Shown here piece by piece: positions 50,317 through 58,866 of a stretch of DNA of 61,422 nt. The stretch spans positions 1 to 61,422 of the forward strand of contig JAFGJE010000042.1 in NCBI GenBank assembly GCA_016929245.1, given 5' to 3'. The translations under genes and the position numbers were made by a program. The stretch's first letter is position 1. The number at the start of each line of letters is the position of its first letter. Under the pieces are notes generated by a model. It saw only the letters and a program-made list of their open reading frames with translations. It ran no database searches and was not told the DNA's origin. Source of the stretch: Phycisphaerae bacterium. GTDB lineage: Bacteria > Planctomycetota > Phycisphaerae > SM23-33.

Positions 50317-51582
50317 TTACGTCCTCTTGACGGCGATGGCGGTCAGGTCGTCCGCCTGCGGAAGACCGGCGGAAAAGCGGGTGACCGTGGCCTGGAGATC
50401 GTCGATCATGTCGCGCGTCGAGCGATCGCGGCCGGCGCGAATCGCTTCGAGCATCCTGTCGACGCCGAACATGTTTCGCTCTTCGTCCATCGCCTCGAAC
50501 ACCCCGTCGGTGGTGACCACCGCCATGTCCCCCGGGGAAAACCGGAACTGGAGGACGTCGTCAAACTCGGCCTCTTCCATCACGCCCAGCGGCAGGCCCG
50601 TCGCGGCGATCTGGTCGAACGCATCCTCGGCGCGACGATAAAACAGCAAAGGCCCGTGCCCCGCGGAGGCGTACGTCAGAATCCCAGCCGCGGGATCGAG
50701 TATGCCCAAAAAGCAGGTCACGAACGTCCCGCCGCCCAAGTCATGGGCCAGCAACTGGTTGGCGGTTCGCAAAATGCCCGCCACGCTGGTCGAGTCGGCC
50801 TGGGTCAGTTGCGCGCTGGCGCGGAGCATCGCGCGGGTTTCGGCGATGACCAGCGCCGGACCGATCCCGTGCCCCGTCGCGTCAGCCACCACAAACGCCC
50901 AATGCCCGTTGGGCAGCGGAATGAAGTCGAACGTGTCGCCGCCGGTTTCGTCGGCAGGTTCGCTTAATCCCGCCACGTCGAAACCGGGAATGTCCGGAGC
51001 TTTTTCAGGCAGCAGGCTTCGTTGAATGTCGCGGGCAATCTGCATCGCCCGTTCCATTTTCTGCTTCTGCAGGTAATGCTCGATCAGCCTCGCCCGCTGA
51101 AGAACCACCCCCGCCTGGGCGCCGAGCATCTCCGCGAGTTCCACGTCGTACAGCAGAAAATCACCCTTTCGCTTGTTGAGCACCTGCAAAACGCCGACGA
51201 GTTTCCCCTCATATCCCCGCAGCGGGACGGACATGATATTGCGCGTCCGGAATCCGGTGTCCTTGTCCACCTGCGGGTTGAATCGAGGATCGGCGTAGGC
51301 GTCGGGCACGAGGAGGGTCTGTCCCGTGCGGACCGTCTCGCCGCAGAATCCCTTGTCGGCAGGGACGCGCAGCTCCTTCACGCCCGTGGCGATCCGCGCG
51401 ACCAGCTCATTGCGGGTTTCCTCGTAGAGAAACAACGTCGCCCGCTCGACATCCAGCAGTTCCAGCGAGTGGTGGATAATCAGCGGCAGCAGGTCGTCCA
51501 GCTCGTGCGTGGCGACCATCGCCCGACTGATCTGGAGCACCTTCTGAAGGTCCCGCAGGGTTTTATCATTGGAATCGTTCAT
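50317..51582 (-). CDS. GAF + SpoIIE/RsbU-type PP2C phosphatase
   Basis: GAF (DAYADPRFN..VD..TGF.TR); GGD, ADATGHG, TDG and DDLT. Confidence 0.92.
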   Translation of the reverse strand: MNDSNDKTLRDLQKVLQISRAMVATHELDDLLPLIIHHSLELLDVERATLFLYEETRNELVARIATGVKELRVPADKGFCGETVRTGQTLLVPDAYADPRFNPQVDKDTGFRTRNIMSVPLRGYEGKLVGVLQVLNKRKGDFLLYDVELAEMLGAQAGVVLQRARLIEHYLQKQKMERAMQIARDIQRSLLPEKAPDIPGFDVAGLSEPADETGGDTFDFIPLPNGHWAFVVADATGHGIGPALVIAETRAMLRASAQLTQADSTSVAGILRTANQLLAHDLGGGTFVTCFLGILDPAAGILTYASAGHGPLLFYRRAEDAFDQIAATGLPLGVMEEAEFDDVLQFRFSPGDMAVVTTDGVFEAMDEERNMFGVDRMLEAIRAGRDRSTRDMIDDLQATVTRFSAGLPQADDLTAIAVKRT

Positions 51583-51697
51583 GAATTTGTATGGGAAGCA
51601 CCCAAACGAACCTTTTCCTTTCAACGAATGGTTTCATACACCCACAAAGGCGAAGCTGTCAAGTCTCAGCACCAAAATACGTAACCGCGATGTTCCC

Positions 51698-51751
51698 AAC
51701 AGCGCCGAGCGGCAAGCCGACGCCCGTGTCGGCTTGCCGTTCGGCGCTGTT
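51698..51751. repeat. Long GC-rich hairpin (terminator or REP-like)
   Basis: AACAGCGCCGAGCGGCAAGCCGAC...GTCGGCTTGCCGTTCGGCGCTGTT, just downstream of surE. Confidence 0.65.
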
Positions 51752-51780
51752 TTCCCAAATGCATATCACTCGCAAAACCG

Positions 51781-52560
51781 TCAGAAAGACGATAACCAGT
51801 CCGCGGGAAAATCGCGGAGTTTTTCTTGATCGGTCAGGCTGATCCGCAACGGCGTGACGGTGATGTATCCCTCGCGCAGCAGCACCACGTCGGAGGAATG
51901 GTGCGGTTCGTGGAAATCATACTCCTCGCCGATGCGATATCGATCCCCCGCCGGGGTGGATTCCTCCAGCACGTACCGATCCAGCACCTCGGCGTCCGAC
52001 TGCTCGCAGACGCGAACGCCGCGCGGGGCGCCGTCACGAAGCAAGGGGATATTCACGTTCACCAGTTCCCCCGGAGGCAACCCGCGCTGAAGCAACCCGT
52101 CGAGAACCCTACGACAATGTTTCGCCGCCTCCTGAAACGCCTCCGGGTTCCCCCGCCCGTTCTCCATCGCCAGGGAAAACGCCACCGACGGAATCCCGAA
52201 CATCGCTCCCTCGGCAGCCGCCGCGACGGTACCGGAATAAAACACGTTCACGCCCACGTTCGCGCCGGCGTTGATTCCGCTGAGCACCACGTCGGGTGTT
52301 TGGGGTAAGAGATTTCGCACCGCCAGGCGCACGCAGTCGGCGGGCCTGCCGTCGATCGCCATCCCCTCGATTCCGCCGACATTCATAAGAGCGACGCGCT
52401 TCACCGTCAACGGCTGATGCAGCGTGATCGAATGCGCCATCGCCGACTGCGGCGAATCCGGCGCCGCGATCGCGACATCGCCCAGATCACGCACCGCGCC
52501 CACCAACGCGGACAATCCCGGCGCGGTGATCCCGTCATCATTGCTCAACAAAAGAAACAT
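51781..52560 (-). CDS. surE: 5'/3'-nucleotidase SurE
   Basis: LLSNDDG, G.PADCV, SGINAGANVG..VFYSGTVAAA.EG and ITVTPL. Confidence 0.94.
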   Translation of the reverse strand: MFLLLSNDDGITAPGLSALVGAVRDLGDVAIAAPDSPQSAMAHSITLHQPLTVKRVALMNVGGIEGMAIDGRPADCVRLAVRNLLPQTPDVVLSGINAGANVGVNVFYSGTVAAAAEGAMFGIPSVAFSLAMENGRGNPEAFQEAAKHCRRVLDGLLQRGLPPGELVNVNIPLLRDGAPRGVRVCEQSDAEVLDRYVLEESTPAGDRYRIGEEYDFHEPHHSSDVVLLREGYITVTPLRISLTDQEKLRDFPADWLSSF

Positions 52561-52679
52561 GTCTGAAAGTGTACCCGTAAAGGAATCCAGGAAAAAGAAG
52601 CAACTCGAATCCCCTAAAGAAGATCGTTCCTCTCTCCCATGAGGGGCTGTCACTTCCGTGACGGGCAATTCCTATCATC

Positions 52680-53603
52680 TCAATTCCCCCGATCCAGGAA
52701 TTCCCAAATCGCCTCCGCCTGATCGTAATACGGTGATTGCCCGTCGGGAGACGCTCCCTCCGCCGCGGCGAGATTCTGCATCGTACCGTCATCCTCCACC
52801 GTCTCCACACCGCCGTGCCCGAACAGGACGTTGTATTTATCACCGTGACAGAGGCGACGAATGACGCGCTTCGCGCCCGGGCCGACCGGGGACGCTTCGT
52901 AATCCCGCATCCAGAACGCGTCGGCCAGCAAAGCGCTTTGGGCGGGATCGAACACGCCCGAAGATGTGCGATACGTTCGTTCCGAATGCACGTAAGGAAC
53001 CATCTGCCGCGTCGCGCCCGCGCCGGTTCCCGTCGATACGTATTCCCAGTGTCCCCCGGCGGCGAAACGATAGATCGCCAGAACATGCGGGCCGCCTTTG
53101 ACGCCGGTGCGCAGTTGGCGCGCGTCACGGAACAGATCTTCACTGGGAGGAAACCGCAGGCAGTACGTGCTGAACTGATCGGAATAGGGGAAAAAACTCG
53201 CCGTCCCGTCGCGCAACGCCCCGTCGGCCCCCGGACAGATCAATCCCCCTGCCGGGATGTAGTTCGTGGAAACCAGCATCCCCAGGTTCACATGCGCCAT
53301 CTCATCGGGAAACCGTCCGAACAGATCGGGATCGGCGGGATTTCGCGATCCACCCCAATGACCCGACAAAAGCAGGTCGGGCTGGGCGACGCTGCTGAAG
53401 GAAAACGGCGGGAAACGACAATCGAAATCGGCCGCGTAAAACCAGATCGCGGCGCTGAGACTCTTGGCGCCGGCCTGGCAGACCGCCAAACGAGCGGCGC
53501 TTCGGGCGGATTGAACCGCCGGGACGAGAATGGACACCAGAAGACCGAGAATCGCGATGACGACCATCACTTCCAGTAAGGTGAATCCCCGTCCTCTACG
53601 CAT
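52680..53603 (-). CDS. Prepilin-type N-terminal methylation protein with degenerate H-X9-DG motif
   Basis: GFTLLEVMVVIAILGLLVSILVPAV and CHGDKYNVLFGHGGV. Confidence 0.82.
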   Translation of the reverse strand: MRRGRGFTLLEVMVVIAILGLLVSILVPAVQSARSAARLAVCQAGAKSLSAAIWFYAADFDCRFPPFSFSSVAQPDLLLSGHWGGSRNPADPDLFGRFPDEMAHVNLGMLVSTNYIPAGGLICPGADGALRDGTASFFPYSDQFSTYCLRFPPSEDLFRDARQLRTGVKGGPHVLAIYRFAAGGHWEYVSTGTGAGATRQMVPYVHSERTYRTSSGVFDPAQSALLADAFWMRDYEASPVGPGAKRVIRRLCHGDKYNVLFGHGGVETVEDDGTMQNLAAAEGASPDGQSPYYDQAEAIWEFLDRGN

Positions 53604-53722
53604 GTCTGCGACACCTCCCGACACCTTGATTTTCAAGGCGGAATCCCATTATCGGGGGATTGACGGTAAGTGTCAACTGTGTGGCACGGAAAGTTTTTCA
53701 ATTGCGCACGGTTTTCATGATA

Positions 53723-53818
53723 TTGTCATCCTGAGCGGAGCGCAGCGAAGTCGAAGGACCTCACGGGTAGCTAGACGTAAGGTCCTTCGACTTCGCTGCG
53801 CTCCGCTCAGGATGACAA
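53723..53818. repeat. REP-like palindrome, family A, copy 4
   Basis: Same arms as copy 2. Confidence 0.92.
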
Positions 53819-53821
53819 CTT

Positions 53822-54829
53822 TTATCCGATCCGCGAAAGCATCTCCTTCGTGACGGGGTAGTGCAAATTTTCCCCCGCCGTGAAGGCTTCGATTTCGTCG
53901 GCGACGAACGTTCCGATCCTTCGGTAATTCTGGTTGAGAATCCCCGCCTCGTGCGGCGTCAGCCAGACGTTCGGGAGAGAGCGTAAGGGGTTGTCCAGCG
54001 TCGGCGGTTCGGTGGGATCGGTCACGTCGATGCAGGCAAGGAACCTTCCCTTGCGAAGTTCCTCGATCATCTCCTCTTCGTGGACGATCGCGGCCCGGGC
54101 GGTGTTGATGAACACACCCCCGTCGCGCAGAAGCTGAAAATGCCTACCTCGGATCATCCGGGCCGTCTCGGCTGTGCTCGGCGCGTGCAGGCTGACCACC
54201 AGCGACCGCTCGAAGAGTTCCTCCAGCGTTTCGACCTTCTGAACGCCGAGTTCCTCCGCCTGCTCCTTCGAGCAATATGGATCGTACAGAATCACGTCGC
54301 ACGTGAAATTCTTCAGCAACCGGATCACCTCCTTGCCGACGAAGCTCGCGCCGATCACGCCGATGGTTTCCCGGTAGATTTCCTGCGGGCCGCGACAGAA
54401 ACTCACGCCTTCCCGCCATTGGCCGTCGCGGATCGCCACGCCCGCCTGAAACACCCGCTTGGGCGCCAGCAGGATCAATCCGAGGGTGAATTCCGCCACT
54501 CCGAAGGAGATCGCCGCGGCGGAACTGGTCACGCGAACTCCCTTCGCCCACAGCGCGTCGGACACGACGGGCTTGACGCTCCCCGCCGCGTGCGTCACCA
54601 ACTTCAGTTTCCCCGCCGTCGTCATGACATTCGCGTCCAGGTTGGCGGTGCCCCAGGAGGTGATGACGATATCCGCCTGGCCGATGTGGGCTTTGAGAAA
54701 CTTCGCGTCCGCCTCGTCCGGCGTCGGCGCGTCGATGACGTTACAGACCGCCGCGATGCGGGCCGCGTCGGCTTCGTGAAAGATTTTGGATCGATACTGC
54801 CGCGCCGCGGCGTAGAACACGTTGTACAT
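53822..54829 (-). CDS. D-2-hydroxyacid dehydrogenase family protein
   Basis: HAAGSVK, VAEF, GASFVG, FINTARA and LTPH. Confidence 0.88.
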   Translation of the reverse strand: MYNVFYAAARQYRSKIFHEADAARIAAVCNVIDAPTPDEADAKFLKAHIGQADIVITSWGTANLDANVMTTAGKLKLVTHAAGSVKPVVSDALWAKGVRVTSSAAAISFGVAEFTLGLILLAPKRVFQAGVAIRDGQWREGVSFCRGPQEIYRETIGVIGASFVGKEVIRLLKNFTCDVILYDPYCSKEQAEELGVQKVETLEELFERSLVVSLHAPSTAETARMIRGRHFQLLRDGGVFINTARAAIVHEEEMIEELRKGRFLACIDVTDPTEPPTLDNPLRSLPNVWLTPHEAGILNQNYRRIGTFVADEIEAFTAGENLHYPVTKEMLSRIG

Positions 54830-54842
54830 GGTGATATTTCCT

Positions 54843-55763
54843 TTACGGGCTTGGGTATTTCGATTCTCGATACGATCGGGCGAATTCCACCCCGTCGTGA
54901 CGAACATTCAGGGAAGGAAGTTCCGCGATATCGACGCGTCGGCCTTGCTGTTCCTGGGAACATTTCGCCGCCAGCGCCGCCTGTTCCACTTCCATCAGCA
55001 CGTTAAAGTCCGTCGGCGGCGAGGAGGATTTCCCCGCCAAATACGGCATAACCGCCTTTAGAAACGAGTGATAGATTTTCGTGTTATCCACGACAAACGA
55101 CTTGACGGTTTTTTCGGCGATTAACGTCGCGTGAAAAGGTAACCACGCCCCTGCTTGTCCGATGACGAGAATCGCCGCCTTGCCGTCGAACCATTCCAGG
55201 CGAATCTGCTTCTGCACGTTTTGGCCGAGGAATTGAACCGATGTCAACCCGCCGCCCAGCGCACCGCAAGCCAGCGCGTACGCATGCACGCCGTAATTGA
55301 AGTCGTCCACCGCACACCCGGCCAGGACGGTGTGCAGCGTTCCCGCTTCCCGCGGATCGGACGAGAGAAACTGCCTGACTTCCCCGCAATAATACAGCAA
55401 CGATCCACCGGTGATTCTCGCTCCCTGATGAATCCAACCGGCAAGGATTTGCAAATCCCGCCAACACCCCGCCATCGGTTTGTCGACCAGCACCGCCTTG
55501 TCGGCCTGCATGAAGATTTTCGCCATGGAAACGTGCTTGTCCCAATCGCAGCCGTGCAGGATTCCGCAATTCACGTCCCGCGCGAGCGAAACGGGATCGT
55601 CGTACCGTTTCAAATCAAACTTCGCCGCGAACTCCCGCACGTAAGAGTCCGGATGCACACCCCCCCCGTCAAACACACCCACGACATCATGCCCCATGTC
55701 CCGGAGAATCGGGATCCAGTTCTCCGGATGCGACGTGTCAATATCCACAATTCCAATACGCAT
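54843..55763 (-). CDS. Gfo/Idh/MocA family oxidoreductase
   Basis: RIGIVDIDTSH, VLVDKPM and YGVH. Confidence 0.78.
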   Translation of the reverse strand: MRIGIVDIDTSHPENWIPILRDMGHDVVGVFDGGGVHPDSYVREFAAKFDLKRYDDPVSLARDVNCGILHGCDWDKHVSMAKIFMQADKAVLVDKPMAGCWRDLQILAGWIHQGARITGGSLLYYCGEVRQFLSSDPREAGTLHTVLAGCAVDDFNYGVHAYALACGALGGGLTSVQFLGQNVQKQIRLEWFDGKAAILVIGQAGAWLPFHATLIAEKTVKSFVVDNTKIYHSFLKAVMPYLAGKSSSPPTDFNVLMEVEQAALAAKCSQEQQGRRVDIAELPSLNVRHDGVEFARSYRESKYPSP

Positions 55764-55900
55764 GATTCTCTTCGACTCTTTATATATTATCATAATCCTG
55801 TTTTTAATTTATAAAAATGACATAATCTATGATATATTTATCATTATCGTGGTATATGTTTTTTCGCTGAACCCGTCAGACCCGACAAAATAGGCGATGC

Positions 55901-56680
55901 ATGATCAAACCGGATGACAAGCTTTCCTACACCTGGCCGCTGGAGCAACGGGCGGTTTCCTGCCGCATGATCGCGCTGCTGGTGACGCGACGCACCGTGC
56001 AGAAAAACACCCCCTGGCACAGCCATACGCATTGGCAACTGGAAATCACCACTTCAGGAAAGATTCAATTTGAAACTCCCCGGCAGGAAGGTAGGCCGCA
56101 AAACGGCGAATTCATCCTGCTCCCGCCGAACTGCCAGCATCGTTTTGTCTATCCACACAAACAGGCCGGCTGGGTGTCGATCTGCTTCCAGGCGGAGGGA
56201 TTCACCGGCGTCCCGTCGGAGATGTTTTCCCCCTGCCGATTCAGCCGGCTTCTGGTTTCGACGGCGACGCGGAAAACCTTCGCTCCCCATCACAAAGCCG
56301 AAATGGAAGGACTGCTCTGCTCGCTCCTGGCGCATTGTTATCCGGATCGATTCGCCGCCGACAAATCCGCCCTTCTGCGCCGTATCGACGAGTTTCTCCT
56401 CACCCAGCCGGGCCGGTTCGCCACCGTCGAGGACGTCGCCGCCGCCGTCGGGTACAGCGCCAACCATCTCAGCACCCTTCTGCGACGACAGACGGGAGAG
56501 GGCCTGAAACGCTATATCGACCTCGCCCGTAACCGGCACGCGCGAGATCTCCTGCGATGCACCACCCTGCCGATCTCGCAAATCGCCAGGCAGGTCGGCT
56601 GCGAGAATATCCACGCCTTTTCGCGGTTCTTCCTGCGAATGAACCGGCAACGACCGAGACAATTCCGAAATGCACAGTAA
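55901..56680 (+). CDS. AraC family regulator (cupin + HTH)
   Basis: WHSHTHWQL cupin and C-terminal I..IA..VG......FSRFF. Confidence 0.9.
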   Translation: MIKPDDKLSYTWPLEQRAVSCRMIALLVTRRTVQKNTPWHSHTHWQLEITTSGKIQFETPRQEGRPQNGEFILLPPNCQHRFVYPHKQAGWVSICFQAEGFTGVPSEMFSPCRFSRLLVSTATRKTFAPHHKAEMEGLLCSLLAHCYPDRFAADKSALLRRIDEFLLTQPGRFATVEDVAAAVGYSANHLSTLLRRQTGEGLKRYIDLARNRHARDLLRCTTLPISQIARQVGCENIHAFSRFFLRMNRQRPRQFRNAQ

Positions 56681-56690
56681 TCAAAAACGT

Positions 56691-56790
56691 TGTCATCCTG
56701 AGCGCAGGCCCGCAGGGCCGAAGTCGAAGGACCTTACGGGTGGCTAGGCGTGAGGTCCTTCGACTTCGCTGCGCTCCGCTCAGGATGACA
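56691..56790. repeat. REP-like palindrome, family A, copy 5
   Basis: Family A arms with a small extra hairpin (GGCCC-GCA-GGGCC) in the left arm; between convergent araC and aroF. Confidence 0.9.
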
Positions 56791-56801
56791 ATATGTGAAG
56801 G

Positions 56802-57821
56802 TTACATCTCCCTTCCGATCGCCTGGGCGATTTTCCGCAGTGAAGGCATCAGTTGCATCAAGGCCGCGGGGGTAATGGACTGCGCGCCGTCGCTCAAGGC
56901 GTGCTCCGGGTCGCAGTGACACTCGACGATCAACCCGTCCGCGCCGGCAGCCACCGACGCCCGGCACATCGCCGGCACGAGATGCGCATGGCCCGTCCCG
57001 TGAGAAGGGTCCACCAGCACCGGCAGGTGCGTTCGTTCGTGGAGTTCCGCGACAGCCGCCAGGGGCAGCGTGTTGCGCACGTATTCCTCGTAGGTCCGAA
57101 TCCCGCGTTCGCAGAGGATGACGTTGGGATTGCCCGCGTTGATGATGTACTCCGCCGCCAGCAGCCATTCGTCAAGCTGGCTGCTCAGGCCTCGCTTCAG
57201 CAGGACGGGCTTTTTCGCTTCCCCGACCGCCTCCAGGAGGGCGTAATGCTGCATGTTCCGCGCGCCGATCTGGAGCACGTCGGCGTGTTCGCAAACCTGC
57301 TCGACGGTCTCGACGCTGACGACTTCCGTGAACACCGCCAGGCCGGTTCGCTTGCGGGCTTCGCTGAGCAGTTTCAATCCTTCCTCGCGCAGGCCCTGGA
57401 AACTGTACGGACTGGTGCGGGGTTTGTACGCCCCGCCGCGCAGACCGATGCAGCCGGCCTGTCGGACCGCTTCGGCGGTGCGGAAAATCTGGTCGGCGTT
57501 TTCCACCGCGCAAGGACCGGCCACCACGCCCACCTTCCTCCCGCCGAGGGGGAATTTCTCCGGGCCGACCGCGATCCGCGAACGCTCCTGTTTGACTTCC
57601 GTGGACGCCATCTTGTACGGCGCGAGGATCGGCACGATTTTCTCGACCATCGGCGCGTTTTCAATCGCGCTTTTATCCACCGACCGTTTGTCGCCGATCG
57701 CGGCGATGACCGTGCGGTCCGTACCGTAAATCGGGTGCTCCTTCAGGCCGTACTCCCGAACGAGATCGATCACATGCTGAACCTGCTCCTTGGAGGCCCC
57801 GGGTTTCATAACGACAATCAT
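56802..57821 (-). CDS. aroF: 3-deoxy-7-phosphoheptulonate synthase (type I-beta, N-terminal regulatory domain)
   Basis: [37 protein letters not shown] and DPSHGTG. Confidence 0.95.
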   Translation of the reverse strand: MIVVMKPGASKEQVQHVIDLVREYGLKEHPIYGTDRTVIAAIGDKRSVDKSAIENAPMVEKIVPILAPYKMASTEVKQERSRIAVGPEKFPLGGRKVGVVAGPCAVENADQIFRTAEAVRQAGCIGLRGGAYKPRTSPYSFQGLREEGLKLLSEARKRTGLAVFTEVVSVETVEQVCEHADVLQIGARNMQHYALLEAVGEAKKPVLLKRGLSSQLDEWLLAAEYIINAGNPNVILCERGIRTYEEYVRNTLPLAAVAELHERTHLPVLVDPSHGTGHAHLVPAMCRASVAAGADGLIVECHCDPEHALSDGAQSITPAALMQLMPSLRKIAQAIGREM

Positions 57822-57934
57822 GCAAATGCTCCTGCTGCGTGTAAAAAAACTCCACGAATTTTATGGTCCCTTGAAACGATTCCACGAAAAATCGGAACCA
57901 GCCTGCAATCTCCTGGAAACAGGCATTTCCTGCT

Positions 57935-58480
57935 TTATATATGAATCGTCTCGCCGGTGGTGCGGGATTTGTTTTCCTGGAGTTTGTCTTCCTGGGATTT
58001 GTCTTCTTTGGGTTTGTTCTCTTTGGGTTTTTCCTCTTCTTTGGGTTTGTCTTTTCGGGCGGGATCGATGGCCGGGCTTTGGATGTCCAGGGAGTGAATT
58101 TTCCACCCCCCGTTTTGCCAGACCAAACCCAGCCGCAGCGTTCCCTCGTCCTTCGCCCAGATCACCTTGTACAAATAGTCCCCTTCGGTGCGCCCTTCAA
58201 AAGTTCGAATTCGATATTGCACCAGGCTGTGCTTCTCCGGGGCGCCGAGATATTCGTGCAGTCCCTTGGCGAGCTTGGATACATCGTCCCGGCGATTGGC
58301 CTGCCGGAAGCTCTCGGTGGTGTAATTCTCATACAACGAATCCACCTGGCCGGCGTCGAGCAGCTTCAGCACGACATCCGTCGTCGCGTCGGCCTGCTGA
58401 TTTTTTCTCGACGTCGAACAGCCGCTCGCTACTCCCGCCGCGACGACGCCGATCACGATCCAACACCAGGTGCGTACCAT
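57935..58480 (-). CDS. Lipoprotein with charged C-terminal 5-residue repeats
   Basis: Lipobox ASGC; tail KPKEE-EKPKE-NKPKE-DKSQE-DKLQE. Confidence 0.72.
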   Translation of the reverse strand: MVRTWCWIVIGVVAAGVASGCSTSRKNQQADATTDVVLKLLDAGQVDSLYENYTTESFRQANRRDDVSKLAKGLHEYLGAPEKHSLVQYRIRTFEGRTEGDYLYKVIWAKDEGTLRLGLVWQNGGWKIHSLDIQSPAIDPARKDKPKEEEKPKENKPKEDKSQEDKLQENKSRTTGETIHI

Positions 58481-58672
58481 CGTTCCATCCTCAATAACCG
58501 GATTTTTGAATCAATCCCACAATCCAAAGCGTGTTATACAGGAAATACCAAAATTGCCATGCGGGTACAACAAAAACCACACGATCACATACACAAAAAA
58601 CCTTTGGAAGAAATCGAATTCCCTCACCAGGCGTTTCCACACAATCGGTTTTCTGCCATTGAATCCATCCGT

Positions 58673-58713
58673 GTGGATAATTTTGTCCACTTTTCATGGA
58701 TAATATTCTCCAT
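58673..58713. promoter_or_regulatory. Two tandem 18-bp palindromes, putative enhancer (bEBP) sites
   Basis: GTGGATAATTTTGTCCAC (58673-58690) and ATGGATAATATTCTCCAT (58696-58713); both TGGA-N8-TCCA, offset by 23 bp. Confidence 0.6.
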
Positions 58714-58840
58714 TTTCTCCATGTTCCCTCCAAAGAGCAGCCACAATTCCAACAGAGTCGCCAAAAGCGAATGTTCTATATCATTTTATAAAAAAAGGAC
58801 TTATAGAATAAATTATTAATATTGACTCTTGGTTCATTGA

Positions 58841-58856
58841 TGGCACACGGGTTGCA
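58841..58856 (+). promoter_or_regulatory. Sigma-54 (-24/-12) promoter
   Basis: TGGCAC-ACGGG-TTGCA matches the TGGCAC-N5-TTGCW consensus with exact spacing; predicted +1 near 58867. Confidence 0.82.
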
Positions 58857-58866
58857 ATATAGTAAA

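Noticed and set aside
53682-53706. Second sigma-54 promoter (TGGCACGG...TTGC)
   Set aside because: The TTGC is not at the required distance from the GG.
111-56790. CRISPR array interpretation of the repeats
   Set aside because: The repeats are dispersed palindromes, not regularly spaced direct repeats with unique spacers, and there are no cas genes.
58530-58830. oriC-like cluster: one perfect DnaA box (TGTGGATAA, 58672-58680), several 7-8/9 matches and an AT-rich tract
   Set aside because: No dnaA, dnaN or other origin-linked genes are nearby, and the matches are better explained as halves of the two palindromes upstream of the sigma-54 promoter. Not fully excluded; whole-genome GC skew would decide.
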